This document shows, piece by piece, positions 14,001 to 26,520 of a stretch of 64,000 nucleotides of DNA (position 1 is the first letter of the stretch; the number at the start of each line of letters is the position of its first letter). The stretch is from the human T2T-CHM13v2.0 reference genome, Homo sapiens. The position numbers were made by a program, and so were the translations under genes. The notes under the pieces were generated by a model. It searched no databases, was not told the DNA's origin, and saw only the letters and a program-made list of their open reading frames with translations. The stretch lies in NCBI RefSeq assembly GCF_009914755.1, contig NC_060928.1. The stretch is one strand, 5' to 3'.

Positions 14001-16759
14001 GACTCATATTCATCACAACAATTTTAATTAGGAAAGTTAAAGATTATATCTAAATATATAAAACCTTGCTTTGCAAATTAAATGAGGTTGACATATTATG
14101 TATGCTTTTCTTGTTCATTGCTTACCTAGGCTCCTTGAAAAGTGCATGAGATTATGTGAGATTAAGTCTATAATAGGAATTCATAAATTATGGAACATTT
14201 AAAATTCAAAACTATTATTATTATAGATTTAATTTCCTTACATCTTGGTGATTGTTGAGTATCATAGTGTTGTGTCAGCATTTTATGGACTTTTTCCTCC
14301 CTTTCTAATGAGGTACATGCCAATTTTTATGCTCTAAGAATAACTAAATAATGAAAATATATAACAACAGAGTCTCTACTAAGCTGAATAATAATATATT
14401 ATAGCTGCAAGCTTCCCTTAGAATGAAAGGACAATTGAGGAGACCCAGAGAACGCATCATGTAGTCAAAATCTTCAACATCCAAAGAGGAGTAAGAAACT
14501 AAGTGAACAAACCCTTGCAGTTAGAACCTGAGTGTCTTATTCAAATATTATTGTAGTTGATGGGCAGTGTTCATGACAGAGTTACTGTGAATGAGTAGAG
14601 AGAGAGGATTTATGAGTCTATAAGTGAAAGTGAAAAGGGCAAAGTTAACTTGAGAGGGGGAGAGAAAGAGAGAAAGAAAGAGAAATGCACCCCTTAGTAT
14701 ATATCCTCAATATAACAGTTTATAGGTGACTACATTGCACATGTAATGAGGTAGCTTTAGAAAGTTAATTCATACAAGGAAAAACCAATGGTCAGTAGTC
14801 AAGTACCTTGTTTAACTGTCAACTTCCCCACTAGGGCCCTGCTGACAGCCATTGGCTCCCAACTCCTGTTTCAATTAAAAATAAAATCTTGGGTAGAGAA
14901 AATACTTTAATTTCTAATTGAAGTTAAAATAGTTATTGAGCAAAATTTTTTGTACATAATGCTGTTGAAAAACTTCACATGATAATAATATTTGTATTTT
15001 ATGGTCTCTTACTGAAAATTTCAGCTTCCAAAGTGAGATGTTCATCTATTTAATTTTCTTAAGAGCTTTGAATTGCCTGTTCAGTCAAAACAGAGGTTTT
15101 AAGTGATGGACTTTTTTGTCGGGCTTTTTATTTAATTTCTAGTAATGGATGTAGAGACATTGAATGAAAATTCCCAGTTTGAAATAGTTTTATGGAAAAG
15201 AAATCCATATCACTTATAAATCACAGTGTTCATTCTCATTTTATGGTGATTGTACATGACTGTCCCTGTCATTACTGCCAGCTAGTATTTTTTTAAGTCT
15301 GTTACAAGAAATTATTATTTCTGCTATATCATTAGAGTTTGAACACTAAGAAAACCTCCAGAACTTTGCTAGGGGGAAAATACACAGCGCTTTCTCAGAT
15401 TATTAAATTTGAAAGTAAAATGGGGGATGGGGCCAAGATAACTGGAAAACAGCAGAGTTCCTAAGCTGCCATCAAAACAAACAAACAAACAAACAAAAAC
15501 ATAATAAGCATGTGAATCCTTCACCGGCAATGAAAGTGTCCAGGTTCTCTCGTCAGAAGTGACTAGGAGGCTGACATGACCTATGGAGAGAGGGAAGAAC
15601 AGTGTGGTGTGGCGGCCCACCTGAGAGTCACACAGGGCAGGGGAGCCCCCTCCCCCAAGCCAAGGGAGGTGGTGAGTGACCGTGCTACCCAGACAGGGAA
15701 ACAGTGCTTTTTCCACAGAACTGTGCAACCCACGGTTCAGAAGATCCCACTCACAAACCCATGCTACTGGGGCCTGGGGTCCCAACCCCTGGAGCATGCA
15801 GACTCTTAACAGCCTCTCAGATGGAATCTGCTTAAACCTATGAAACTCCCATGGGGGACAGGGGGTGGGGGCAAGCAGCACTACTGTCGCTGCCTGCTGT
15901 CTAAGCCATTTGAGCTGCTTGAGGGAGGAGCAACAGTCAGCACTGGGTCTCAAAACTTCCTAACGTGCTAAGCTCCCTGGGCAGGGGGAGGGCAACACCC
16001 ATCTCTATAGCTCCAGGCTGTGCTTTTCCCCTGCTGGAGCCAGGGAGACTAGATAGCTTGGTCCCAAGACTTGCCCCTACAGCCCAACACACTGACTGTG
16101 GCAGTTTGTAGCCAGAGGACCTCTTCAGGCCTGACCCTGATCCATCCTTCCTCATTGGGCAGGGATTCCCTGCAGGAATTCCAATAACTCCAGCCAGAGG
16201 CTCAGGGACAGAACCTGGATCTCCCTGGGCCTGAACCCCTAGGGAGAGGGGTGGCCACAGTCTCTGTGGCCCAGCAGATTTAGCCTTTCCTCCTGGTAGT
16301 TTTGAGGAATCCAGTCAGCCCAGATGAGTGGGTTTCCCCCCAGAAAGGCACACCTCCTCTACTAAGGAACAAAGTGCTTCATTAAATAGGTCCTGTTCCC
16401 CATTGCCACCCAACTGAGTGAGACCCTCCAACAGGGGTTGTCGGACACTCTATACAGGAGCAATTCTACTGCCATCAGCTTGGTGTCCCTCAAGATCAGA
16501 GATCCCAGAAGAAGAAGCAGGCTTCCATCTGTGCTGTTCTCCAGTGTGCTTGAGTGACCTCTCCAGCCATGGGAGTGACAGATGAATAAGGACTGAAGTT
16601 AACCCCAAGCACACTGCAGCAGCTCTGCAGAAGAGGAACTTGACCATGGAAAGAAAAACAAACAAGCAGAAAGCAACAACAACAGCATCAACAACAAAAA
16701 AGCCCCCACAAAAACTCCATCCAAGTGTCGGCAGCCTCAAAGACCAAAACTAGACAAAC

Positions 16760-17764
16760 TCACAAAAAAAGAACCAACAACAACAACAACAAAAAAGGGG
16801 AAAACCCAAAAGACCAGAGTGCCTTTACTCCTCCAAATGATTGCAACATCTCCCCATCAACGGCACAGAACTGGACAGAAGATCAGATGGACAAATTGAC
16901 AGAAGTAGGATTCAGATGATAGGTAATAAAAAAACTACACTGAGCTAAAGAAGCACGTTCTAACCCAAGGCAAAGAAGCTAAGAACCTTGATAAAAGGTT
17001 AGAGGAATTGCTAACTAGACTAACCAGTTTAGAATGGAACATAAATGACCTGATGGAGCTGAAAAACACAGCACAAGAACTTTGTGAAGCATACACAAGT
17101 ACCAATAGCCGAATCGATCAAGGGGAAGAAAGGATATCAGAGTTTGAAGACCACCTTGCTGAAATAAGGCCTGCAGACAAGACTGGAAAAATAAGAACGA
17201 AAAAGAATGAACAAAGCCTACAAGAAATATGAGACTTCATAAAAGACCGAAATCTATGAATGACCGGAGTACCACAAGGAGCCAGGGAGGATGGAAACAA
17301 GCTGGAAAACATACTTCAGGATATCATCCAGGAGAACTTCCCCAACCTAGAAAGACAGGCCAACATGCAAATTCAGGAAATACAGAGAACACGATTAGGA
17401 TACTCCATGAGAAATCAATATCAAGACACGTAGTCATCAGATTCTCCAAGGTTGAAATGAAGGAAAAGCTGTTAAGGGCAGCCAGAGAGAAAGGCCAGTT
17501 CACCTACAAAGGGAAGCTTATCAGACTAACAGCGGAACTCTCAGCGGAAACTCTACAAGCCAGAAGAGATTGGGGGTCAATATTCAACATTCATTAAAAA
17601 AAAGAATTTCCAACCCAGAATTTCATATCCAGCCAAACTAAGTTTCATAAGCGAAGGCGAAATAAAATCTTTTCCAGACAAGCAAATCCTGAGAGATTTT
17701 GTTACCACCAGGCCTGCCCTTCAAGAGCTCCTGAAAGAAGCATTAAATATGGAAAGAAAGAAAT
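16760..17764 (+). pseudogene. L1 ORF1p remnant (frameshifts and stops)
   Basis: ORF track: LTRLTSLEWNINDLMELKNTAQELCEAYTS, RHVVIRFSKVEMKEKLLRAAREKGQ. Confidence 0.9.
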
Positions 17765-19485
17765 GGTATTCAAATAGAAAGAAAGGAAGTCAAATGTCTC
17801 TGTTTGCAGATGACATGATTTTGTATCTAGAACACCCCATCATCTCAGCCCAAAACCTACTTAAACTGATAAGCAACTTCAGCAAATTCTCAGGATACAA
17901 AATCAATGTGCAAAGCTCACAAGCATTTCTTTATACCAACAAGATACAAGCAGAGAGCCAAATCATGAATGAACTCCCATTCAGAATTGCTACAAAGAGA
18001 TTAAAATACCTAGGAATACAACTAACAATGGATATGAAGGACCGCTGCTCAAGGAAATAAGAGAGGACACAAACAAATGGAAAAATATTCCATGCTTATG
18101 GATAGAAAGAATAAATATCATGAATATGGCCATAGTGCTGAAAGCAATTTATAGATTCAATGCTCTTCTCATCAAACCACCATTGACATTCTTCACAGAA
18201 TTAGAAAAATCCATTTTAAATTTCATACGGTATAAAAAAGACCCCATATAGCCAAGACAATCTTAAGTAAAAAGAACAAAGCTGGAGGCATCACTCTACC
18301 CGACTTCAAACTATACTACAAGGCTACAGTAACCAAAACAGCATGGTACTGGTACCAATATAGACATATAGACCAATGGAGCAGAACAGAGACCTCAGAA
18401 ATAACAGCACAAATCTACAGCCATCTGATCTTTGCCAAACCTGGCAAAAACAAGCAATGGAAAAAGGATCTCCTATTCAGTAGATGGTGCTGGGAAAACT
18501 GGCTAGCCATATGCGGAAAACTGAAATTAGACCCCTTCCTTACACGTTATACAAAAATAACTCAGGATGGATTAAAGACTTAAATGTAAAACCCAAAACC
18601 ATAAAAACCTTAGAAGAAAAACTAGGCAATACCATTTAGGAAATAGGGATGGGCAAAGACTTCATGACAAAATACCAAAAACAATTGCAACAAGAGCCAA
18701 AATTGATAAATGGGATCAATTAACTAAACGGCTTCTGCTCAGCAAAAGAAACTATCATCAGAGTGAACAGGCAACCTACAGAATGGGAGAAAATTTTTGA
18801 AATCTACCAATCTGACAACGGTTTTATATCCACACTTCACAAAGAACTTAAATTTACAAGAAAAAAACAAACATCCCTATCAAAAAGTGTGCAAAGGATA
18901 TGAACAGACACTTCTCAAAAGAAGACATTTATGCAGCCAACGAACATATTAAAAAAAAGCTCAACATCACTGATCATCAGATAAATGAAAATCAAAACCA
19001 TGCCAGTCAGAATGGCGATTATTAAAAAGTCAGGAAACAATAGATGCTGGTGAGGCTGTGGAGAAATAGGAATGCTTTTACATTGTTGGTGGGAATGTAA
19101 GTTAGTTCAACCATTGTGGAAAAAAGTATGTTTGATTCCTCAAGGATCTAGAATCAGAAATACCATTTGACCCAGCAATCCCATAACTGGGTATATACAC
19201 AAAGGAATATAAATCATTCTACTATAAAGACACTTGCACACTTATGTTTATTGCAGCATTATTTACAATAGCAAAGACATGGAACCGACCCAAATGCCCA
19301 TCAATGATAGACTGGCTAAAGAAAATGTGGTACATGTATACCATGAATACTACGCAGCTATTAAAACGAATGAGATCATGTTCTTTGCAGGGACATGGAT
19401 GAAGCTGGAAGCCATCATCTTCAGCAAGCTAACAGAGGAACAAAAAACCAAATACTGCATTTTCTCACTCATAGTTGGAAGTTGA
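17765..19485 (+). pseudogene. L1 ORF2p remnant, RT core to C-terminus (disrupted)
   Basis: [12 protein letters not shown]...FSGYKINVQ...KYLGIQLT; C-terminal FAGTWMKLEAIIFSKL. Confidence 0.9.
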
Positions 19486-20559
19486 ACAATAAGAACACAT
19501 GAACAACAAACACCAGGGCCTGTAGCGGGGTGGAGGGTTAGGGAAGGGAACTTAGAGGACGGGTCAATAGGTGCAGGAAACCACCATGGCACCCATATAC
19601 TTATGTAACAAATCTGCACATTCTGCACATGGATCCCCTTTCTTTTAAAAGAAATTTAAAAAAGAAAGTATAATGGACATATATTAAGAAATATTATTTA
19701 TTATATATTCAATTTAAATAAATCCTAGAACTTTCACTTGAACCTGCCATGTTCCACAGAGTTGAAAATAAGAGTTAAATTGATCATGAATTTATACATA
19801 CTCCAGGAAACACAGCAACAGTATCGCACAATATAACCTAAATGAATATAGTAGTTTTTCTGTGGTGGGATCCAGTGATTCTGACAAAGCAATTGAGTAA
19901 ATTTCTCTTTCTCTATTATGGAGAGAGAACACATAGAGTGTAACAGAAAATGCCACCAAGCAAGACTTTCAGATATGATATTTTAAAATGATTTAGAAAA
20001 ACTCTATTATTTGGAATCATTTCTATTTATTTAAAATTTTTAACATAAATATTTTATTCTAAGCAAACCATAAATAGTGCAATTTTAGGAGTCAATGTTC
20101 ACAAAACAGCAACTCTATCTCTCAGTCTACTCTATACTGCACTGCTGGCATCAGAATGTGGCTAGAAAAAACACTACTTTGCTGCCAATGCTTATTCATT
20201 CATGCCTCTTACTCTCAAGTGAAACCTTAATGAGCAGTTATATTATCTCATTTCTGTTCATTCTCTAATAATTCTTTATGATAATTTCACCACCAATAAT
20301 CATCTTCTAAAATTCCAGTACCCCTTCCTCTCTCCTTTCAATTGATGAACTCACTTCTTATGTTACAAAGAACATTTAAAGAATTAGAGGAGATCATTTG
20401 CAAGTATCTACCAGCACATCTAACTCTCTGCCTACACTCATATATTTTTACATTTTCTTGGAGTTTTTTACAGGAGGAACTGCCTGTGCTCCCGATAAAT
20501 GCAGACACTATCACTCCTGGGTCAGCTTCATGCCTGTACTTGTTCAAGGAACTGTCTCC

Positions 20560-22503
20560 TGCATTTCCCCTTTATCCCTCCTGCAGCTTCAGTTTTTCTA
20601 ATTCTGGAAGAAAAAAAAAAGATTTTTTTCCTTAAAACAAACAAAGAAGCAATAACAACAAAAACGTTTTCTTGACCTTACTTTCCCCTCTAGTTTTCTT
20701 TTACAGCAAAACTTCTTGAGAGAGTTGTGTATACTTGCTGTCTCCAATTTCCCTCCTACCAATCCTCAAATCCACTTGCCTCTGACATTTTCCCTATCAT
20801 TCCATAAAAACTGCTTGCCAAGGCCAACACTCAGATTTATTTACTAAATCCAATCTTGAGTTACCAGTCTCCACTTTTCTTCATGAACCAGCAACATTTG
20901 GCACAGCTTATCATTAAGTCCTCATTGAAACATTTTTTTTTGTATTGGTTTTCAGCACTCCATACTTTCCTTCATTTCATCCTACCTAGTAGCTATTCCT
21001 TCTGAGTCTCCTTTGATAATTTATTTTTATCTACACAAGTGACCACCTTATTTAAGAACAACCCATGACCTTCTCTGCTGATGCTCAGTCTAGGGGGAGA
21101 TCTCACCCAATCTCAGGACTTTACATGCCATTCACAAACTATTGCCCCTGAAGCTGTATGTCTGGCCCAGAAATCTCCCCTCAGCTCCAGATTTTATATT
21201 CAATTTTCTATTTAATACTTCTACCTGTATTTTACTCAGTACTTTAACCTTAGAATGTACAAAATTAAGTTTTGGGTATTAATTCCTCTGTGTCTGTTTT
21301 TTCAGGGTTCTCTAAAGGGAGAGAACTAATAGGATAGATGTATATATGAAGGGGAGTTTATTAGGAGAATTGCCTCACACAATCACAAGGTGATGTCCCA
21401 CAATAGGCCGTCTGCAAGCCGAGGAGCAAGGAAGCCAGTTCCAGTCCCAAAATCTCAAAAGTAGGGAAGCCGACAGTGCAGCCTTTGGTCTGTTGCCAAA
21501 GGCCTGAGAGCTCCTGGCAAATCACTGGTGTAAGTACAAGAGTCCAATAGCTGAAAAACTTGGAGTCCAATGTTTGAGGGCAGGAAGCATCTACCACGGG
21601 AGAAAGATGACCAGAAGACTCAGCCAGAATGCTCTTTTCAACTTCTGCCTGCTTTATTCAAGTCACCCTGGCAGCTGATTAGATGGTGCCCACTCAGATT
21701 GAGGGTAGGTCTGCCTCTCCCAATCCACTGACCCAAATATTAATCTCCTTTGGCAACACCTTCACAGACACACCCAGGAATAATACTTTGCATCCTTCAA
21801 TCCAACCAAGTTGACAGAGTATTAACCCTCACAGCATCCAAAGAGATCTCTCTGCCTTTCCCCTTGCCCCTCAACTGAGTAACCAGATCACCATCCTTCA
21901 AAAATTTGAATCAGACCATGTCACACTTCTGGTCAATATCTTCCAGGGCTTTTCATCTCATTCAAAGTAAAGCTGCAATTCAAAGCCTGATGCCCCTGAT
22001 ATCCTTTCCACCTAACTCCATCTTCCAGCGTTTTTTGTTCTGTTTTCTCTGCTCTAGCCCCACTGGCCACCTGGCTGTTCATTGACTGCTTCACATACAT
22101 TTCAACCTCAGCGCCTTTATACTTGTAGACCCTTTGTCTGAAATGCTCTTTCCATTGATATCCACCTGACTCCCTATGTTATAACACTTGTGTCTTTGCT
22201 TATTTCCTTTGTGAGGATTTCTCTAAGGCCTCTATTGAAAATTGCAATTCTAATATAGCCTGCCGCACTTTTTATAATTAAACATTACTTTTCTCCATGA
22301 CATCTTACACCATTTAAATGATATATTTATTTAATTTATTGCCTATCTCTGTCCTCCATAGTGGTATTTCCACTAGGGCATGGATTGTTGTTTATTTGTT
22401 TTTCCCACTGTATCAAATATACCTAAAAACAGAACTTGGAGTATAGTTGGAGCTTAATACAATTTTATTAATTGATTTACAAGCAAATGCATGTGTGAAT
22501 GAA
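20560..22503 (+). mobile_element. L2 (L2a-like) LINE, split by an MLT2A LTR
   Basis: ttacagcaaaacttcttgagagagttgtgtatacttgctgtctcc, cagcaacatttggcacag, aatcagaccatgtcacacttctg, cctcagcgccttt; 3' tail gtgaatgaa. Confidence 0.75.
21295..21833 (-). mobile_element. MLT2A (MLT2A2-like) solo LTR of HERV-L
   Basis: Reverse complement starts tgtgagggttaatactctgtcaacttggttggattgaaggatgcaaagtatt; other end cagggttctctaaagggagagaactaatagg. Confidence 0.9.
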
Positions 22504-22679
22504 AACATTCCCAAAGATTGATGCCAAATACTAGGGTTTCAACTTTTACAAAGAGACAGAAAAACTGAATTTTGAGTTTTGCAAAGTAAACTTCATTACA
22601 GTGTCTGAATATTCTATGGATATGTTTCAGGTTCAATGTTAATCAAATGTAAGTAGAATACAAGCAGTAGAAATATTTA

Positions 22680-22905
22680 CAGTAAAAAGTTAAAAACATC
22701 AGCTTTGAAATTAGGGAAAAATGGACTCAGAACCAGTCATTAAATAGTCTTGTTTTTGTTTTCTGGGAGGGAAACAGTTTAGTCTGTCTAAGCCTTTATT
22801 TCATTTTCTCAGAATTGAAGATTAAAATATAAATTCTCTTTGAAATGAGGATTAGTTGGGACGATGTACATAAAACCTTTAATATACAGTAAGCTCTCAA
22901 TAAGA
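22680..22905 (+). mobile_element. MIR
   Basis: gttaaaaacatcagctttgaaattag...tgaggattagttgggacgatgtacataaaa...cagtaagctctcaataa. Confidence 0.6.
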
Positions 22906-24629
22906 ATACCACATTGAAAAGGAAAAAAAAATCTGAATTTAGGTTTACTGTTAAATATGTCATTATTGTATCATTTTTGGTGTGTATGGATTTCTCTGTT
23001 AAAAACTTTTAGGTAAATACTGGTTATGAGATTCTGGGGGGTTAGAATAGCATTCTTTGGATTTTATGATGTGGACATTACTTTTCTACGACATTTTATA
23101 GTTTTGTATATAATTTTATATACTAGAATCTTTAGACCCATATTAGCTATTTTTTACATCTTTATTCCTTTTCATTGCCTAATATACATAGACTATTAAC
23201 GTACTTGTTCAGACATAAATATAAAGAATTTCTGACACTTTTAGCAATTACACTTTATAAACTGGTGATAAAAACCATGCACATTTATGATAATATACAA
23301 GGGAAATTCAGATTTCTCCAACCTCTGAAATAATGTTCTTTAAACCACAACTATAATATGGCCCATGGTAAAATTAAATTCATATTTTGTTACATTCATA
23401 CATTTATGGGGTCTGTAACTCTTTTTTTTCATTTTTTAAAATGCCTTAAGCCAGTGAGAATAAGTGAATAGCTTCTTGTGAAAAAATTTATTTTAATTTA
23501 AAAACTTATTTTTAGGTAGAAATCTTTTACATTTTAAATTAATAAACTTACATTACAGAATAATCTTTCAGGTTTAAATAAAAATGTCCAACACTAGTAA
23601 CTTGCAAAATTAAATTAGTTTCTGCAAGTCATTTTTCTTACTATGCATCTTATTAATATGGAAAATTGCCTCTTTTCATTATAAAAATTTCTGTGTGGGA
23701 CTATATCCCAGCTCCTACAAAGTTGTATTAGCATATGTGAATACAATGAAATAAGTTAATGCAGTTCTTCACCATGGAAAGCAAGTCTGCAGAAAAATAT
23801 CATGGGAGATGACAGCTGAGCTTAACCTATCCCATAGGCTTTTGTCACTGTTCATCCTTGAAGGTCTTTTCAAAATTGTGTGCCATGTAATGTGTCATTA
23901 TTAAAGGTGAACTGACTTTTACAGCCTTTTTCTGAAAGGTCATTCCAGGGTAGGCACAAGATCTTGGCTTCTACTTTGCATGAGTTTTTCACATAATGTT
24001 GCTGCATATTCTCTTTAGTGCTTTCTTACCGCACCTCCCACCACTGGCTTCTCCTCTTTACCATTTTCACATTTCTGTCATTGGCAAAGTAAGATGATGG
24101 GAACAGCACTCACCTGGGACACTTCACAACTCTGTTCTAGAAGTAGACAGAAGTGGAAAGAAATAATAAAATCATACTCCTGTTGGGCACATCAAAAGAG
24201 GTAATATTTAAGTGCTCATGCCAGGTAGGACCATGTTTTCAAAGGTCCATTTACTACGAAGTCAGGTTCTTATTGATCATTACAGTCAATGGTAAGTTGA
24301 CTATCATGACATTCATTCAATTTTCAAGATTTCTATTGAGATTTATCATGATAATGGGGAAGAAATGTGATTGTGAGAAAAGGATAAAAGAAGAGCATAA
24401 AACAGAAAAATATGAAATATTGGAACACAGGCATTAATGTGATTTTATGTCTACTGGTAGAGGATCCTCTTAAAATTACCCAGTCATTTTAAATAAGTTC
24501 AATCACTCATAAAGCCATTTCTAAATGTAGAAACTGTAATTGTGCCTTAGGATAATTCTCAATGCAAATACTGTAATTAGTAGTTATTGTGTACAATATG
24601 TATACATTTCTTTTTCTGATTAGTCAGAT

Positions 24630-25152
24630 AAAATCCTCCCTCCTTTATGAGAATCGAATTCTTTCTCATTCCAACCATGTGATCCTGTTGAGGCTTATCA
24701 GTTACTCCCTGGCTTAGGAAATGGGCAGCTGGCCACATTTAAAACAATTGTAATACTCCACTCACATGTAGCAATTGATCTAGAGATAATGAGCTGGGAC
24801 ATTAGAATTGTTTCTAGATGTTACTCTAGTTAGATTTATAGACAACTGCCAACTCTCATTTAGAAGTTGTAAGGAGGTAAGCCAGGAGTAACTAGTTTCT
24901 TTCGGACAGCCAGTTTTCGTGAATGAAGGTGATATTCAGAAAGAGCATAGATTAAAAAAAAAAGGAGACAATGATTTTTACCAGTGTCTGGGCACATGGG
25001 TTTTAACCATCCCTAAGGATAAATCTATCCATGGTTTCGCATACATAATATATTCAGGTGAGCGAATGGGTTAGTGTTACGTTTGTTGTTTTTAATGTAA
25101 TATTATATGTAGTTTGGATCTTGTTTTGATAAACCAAAAAATTCCTAACACA
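24630..25152 (+). mobile_element. Old ERVL/MaLR-type LTR (LTR16/MLT1-like), highly diverged
   Basis: ccatgtgatcc...ctccctggcttaggaaatggg...; terminus aaccaaaaaattcctaacaca. Confidence 0.35.
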
Positions 25153-26049
25153 AAGTTGTTATTATCCTCTTTTTTCTAGGTATAGCAATTTCAATACAAA
25201 AAGAGCATATAAATTGATAATGTATAATTTTAGGTCAGCTTATCTCTATGGGACTCAATATATTCACATGAAAAGAAAAGTTTCAATCTGGTGAATGTCT
25301 CTAAAGAACACCGTATCAAATGAATTAATTTGCATAAAATAACCATTTTTAAATTTAAATGAAAGTTCTAATACATCTCAATTCAACTTTACAACAGAAA
25401 AATGAGTGTTGTGGTAATTTGATTTGAAAAAGCAAATTATCAAATCAAAATACAGGCTTTCTGGTTCTCTGAAGTTTTTAATTATTTTACAGAAACCATA
25501 ACAAAATACCTCTAAGCGTAATACAAAGAAGAACAAAATTCATGTTAATATATAACTGAATATAACTTAATTTGTAAAAGCAAATAAAAGTCTAATTATT
25601 TTCCAGTTTTCCTGGAAATGACATTTTGTCACTTTGTAAAATACGTTTTGTATTTTACCAAAGTAATTATTTATACAGCACTTCACTGAAAAATAAATTC
25701 TAGCTGTCATTAACCTGTCTTAAGGCTCAAAAACAACTTCATTTTGTGTTAGTAGTAATTGATAGCTTACTTGAGCATATATTAATAGTTCACTTTATTA
25801 GATAGTTGGTAAAATATCTAGGGATGTCAATAACATGACATGGCACAGAATTCTATTTCCAGAAAAAGAAATTCTTCAAAATAAAGGCAAAATATTTAGA
25901 CTACCCCTCTTGCCCACATAAGTAAATGGAAAACAGATAATTTGTTTGCAGAAACCTTGTGTTAATGTCAGTGCTGAAGGATTGAAGAGCATGCCTCTGA
26001 AAAGAATGATCTTATGTAGATGCACTGAAAGGTTGTAAGAAAGTCATAG

Positions 26050-26520
26050 CAGTGTACAGATATGTTCATGAATATTCACAGAGCCAATGTGGAAAAAAAA
26101 TTATCCATTAACCATATAATGGATAAAAAATATCTTACATGTTTATACAACAAAATACTATACAGTAGTAAAAATGTACAAACTTAACACTGTGCGACCA
26201 GCTTGGTGAATCTCACTGACATAATGCTGAATAAAGAAGCCAACTGCACTAAAAATGCACAGTGTTCAATTTTATTCACATAACTATGTAACTTATTTCA
26301 CTTCTAAAATTCCTTGAGTTTGAATATAAAGAAACTGAAAACATTTCGATTACCTGTAGAAATGTTAGATTGCTAGAAACTGGGAGGAAGCGGGGGAGAG
26401 AACTATGTGGTACTGGGAATATTTTATTTCTTGACTGTTGGTTACACAGCTATGCTGTTTGTTATAATCCATGAATTGCTTATGGTTTGTATACATTTTC
26501 ATGCAGAATATTCTTTAGTA
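26050..26520 (+). mobile_element. L1ME 3' fragment
   Basis: aaatactatacagtagtaaaaatg...gtgaatctcactgacataatgctgaataaagaagcca...tatttcttgac...ggttacac. Confidence 0.65.

Larger units (their letters stand above)
15424..19663 (+). mobile_element. L1PA8A-like LINE-1 with both termini and a ~2-kb internal deletion
   Basis: 5'UTR ggggccaagat...; ORF1 and ORF2 remnants; L1PA8A-type 3' end gggaacttagaggacgggtcaatagg; TSD gaaagta(a/t)aatgg at 15411-15423 and 19664-19676. Confidence 0.92.

Noticed and set aside
15369-15953. Longest ORF in the track (194 aa, minus strand)
   Set aside because: Antisense to the GC-rich L1 5'UTR, non-ATG start, no recognisable domain; not supportable as a gene.
26101-26126. 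10-bp stem hairpin ttatccatta-N6-taatggataa
   Set aside because: Lies within an L1 3' motif that is naturally semi-palindromic; AT-rich and likely chance.
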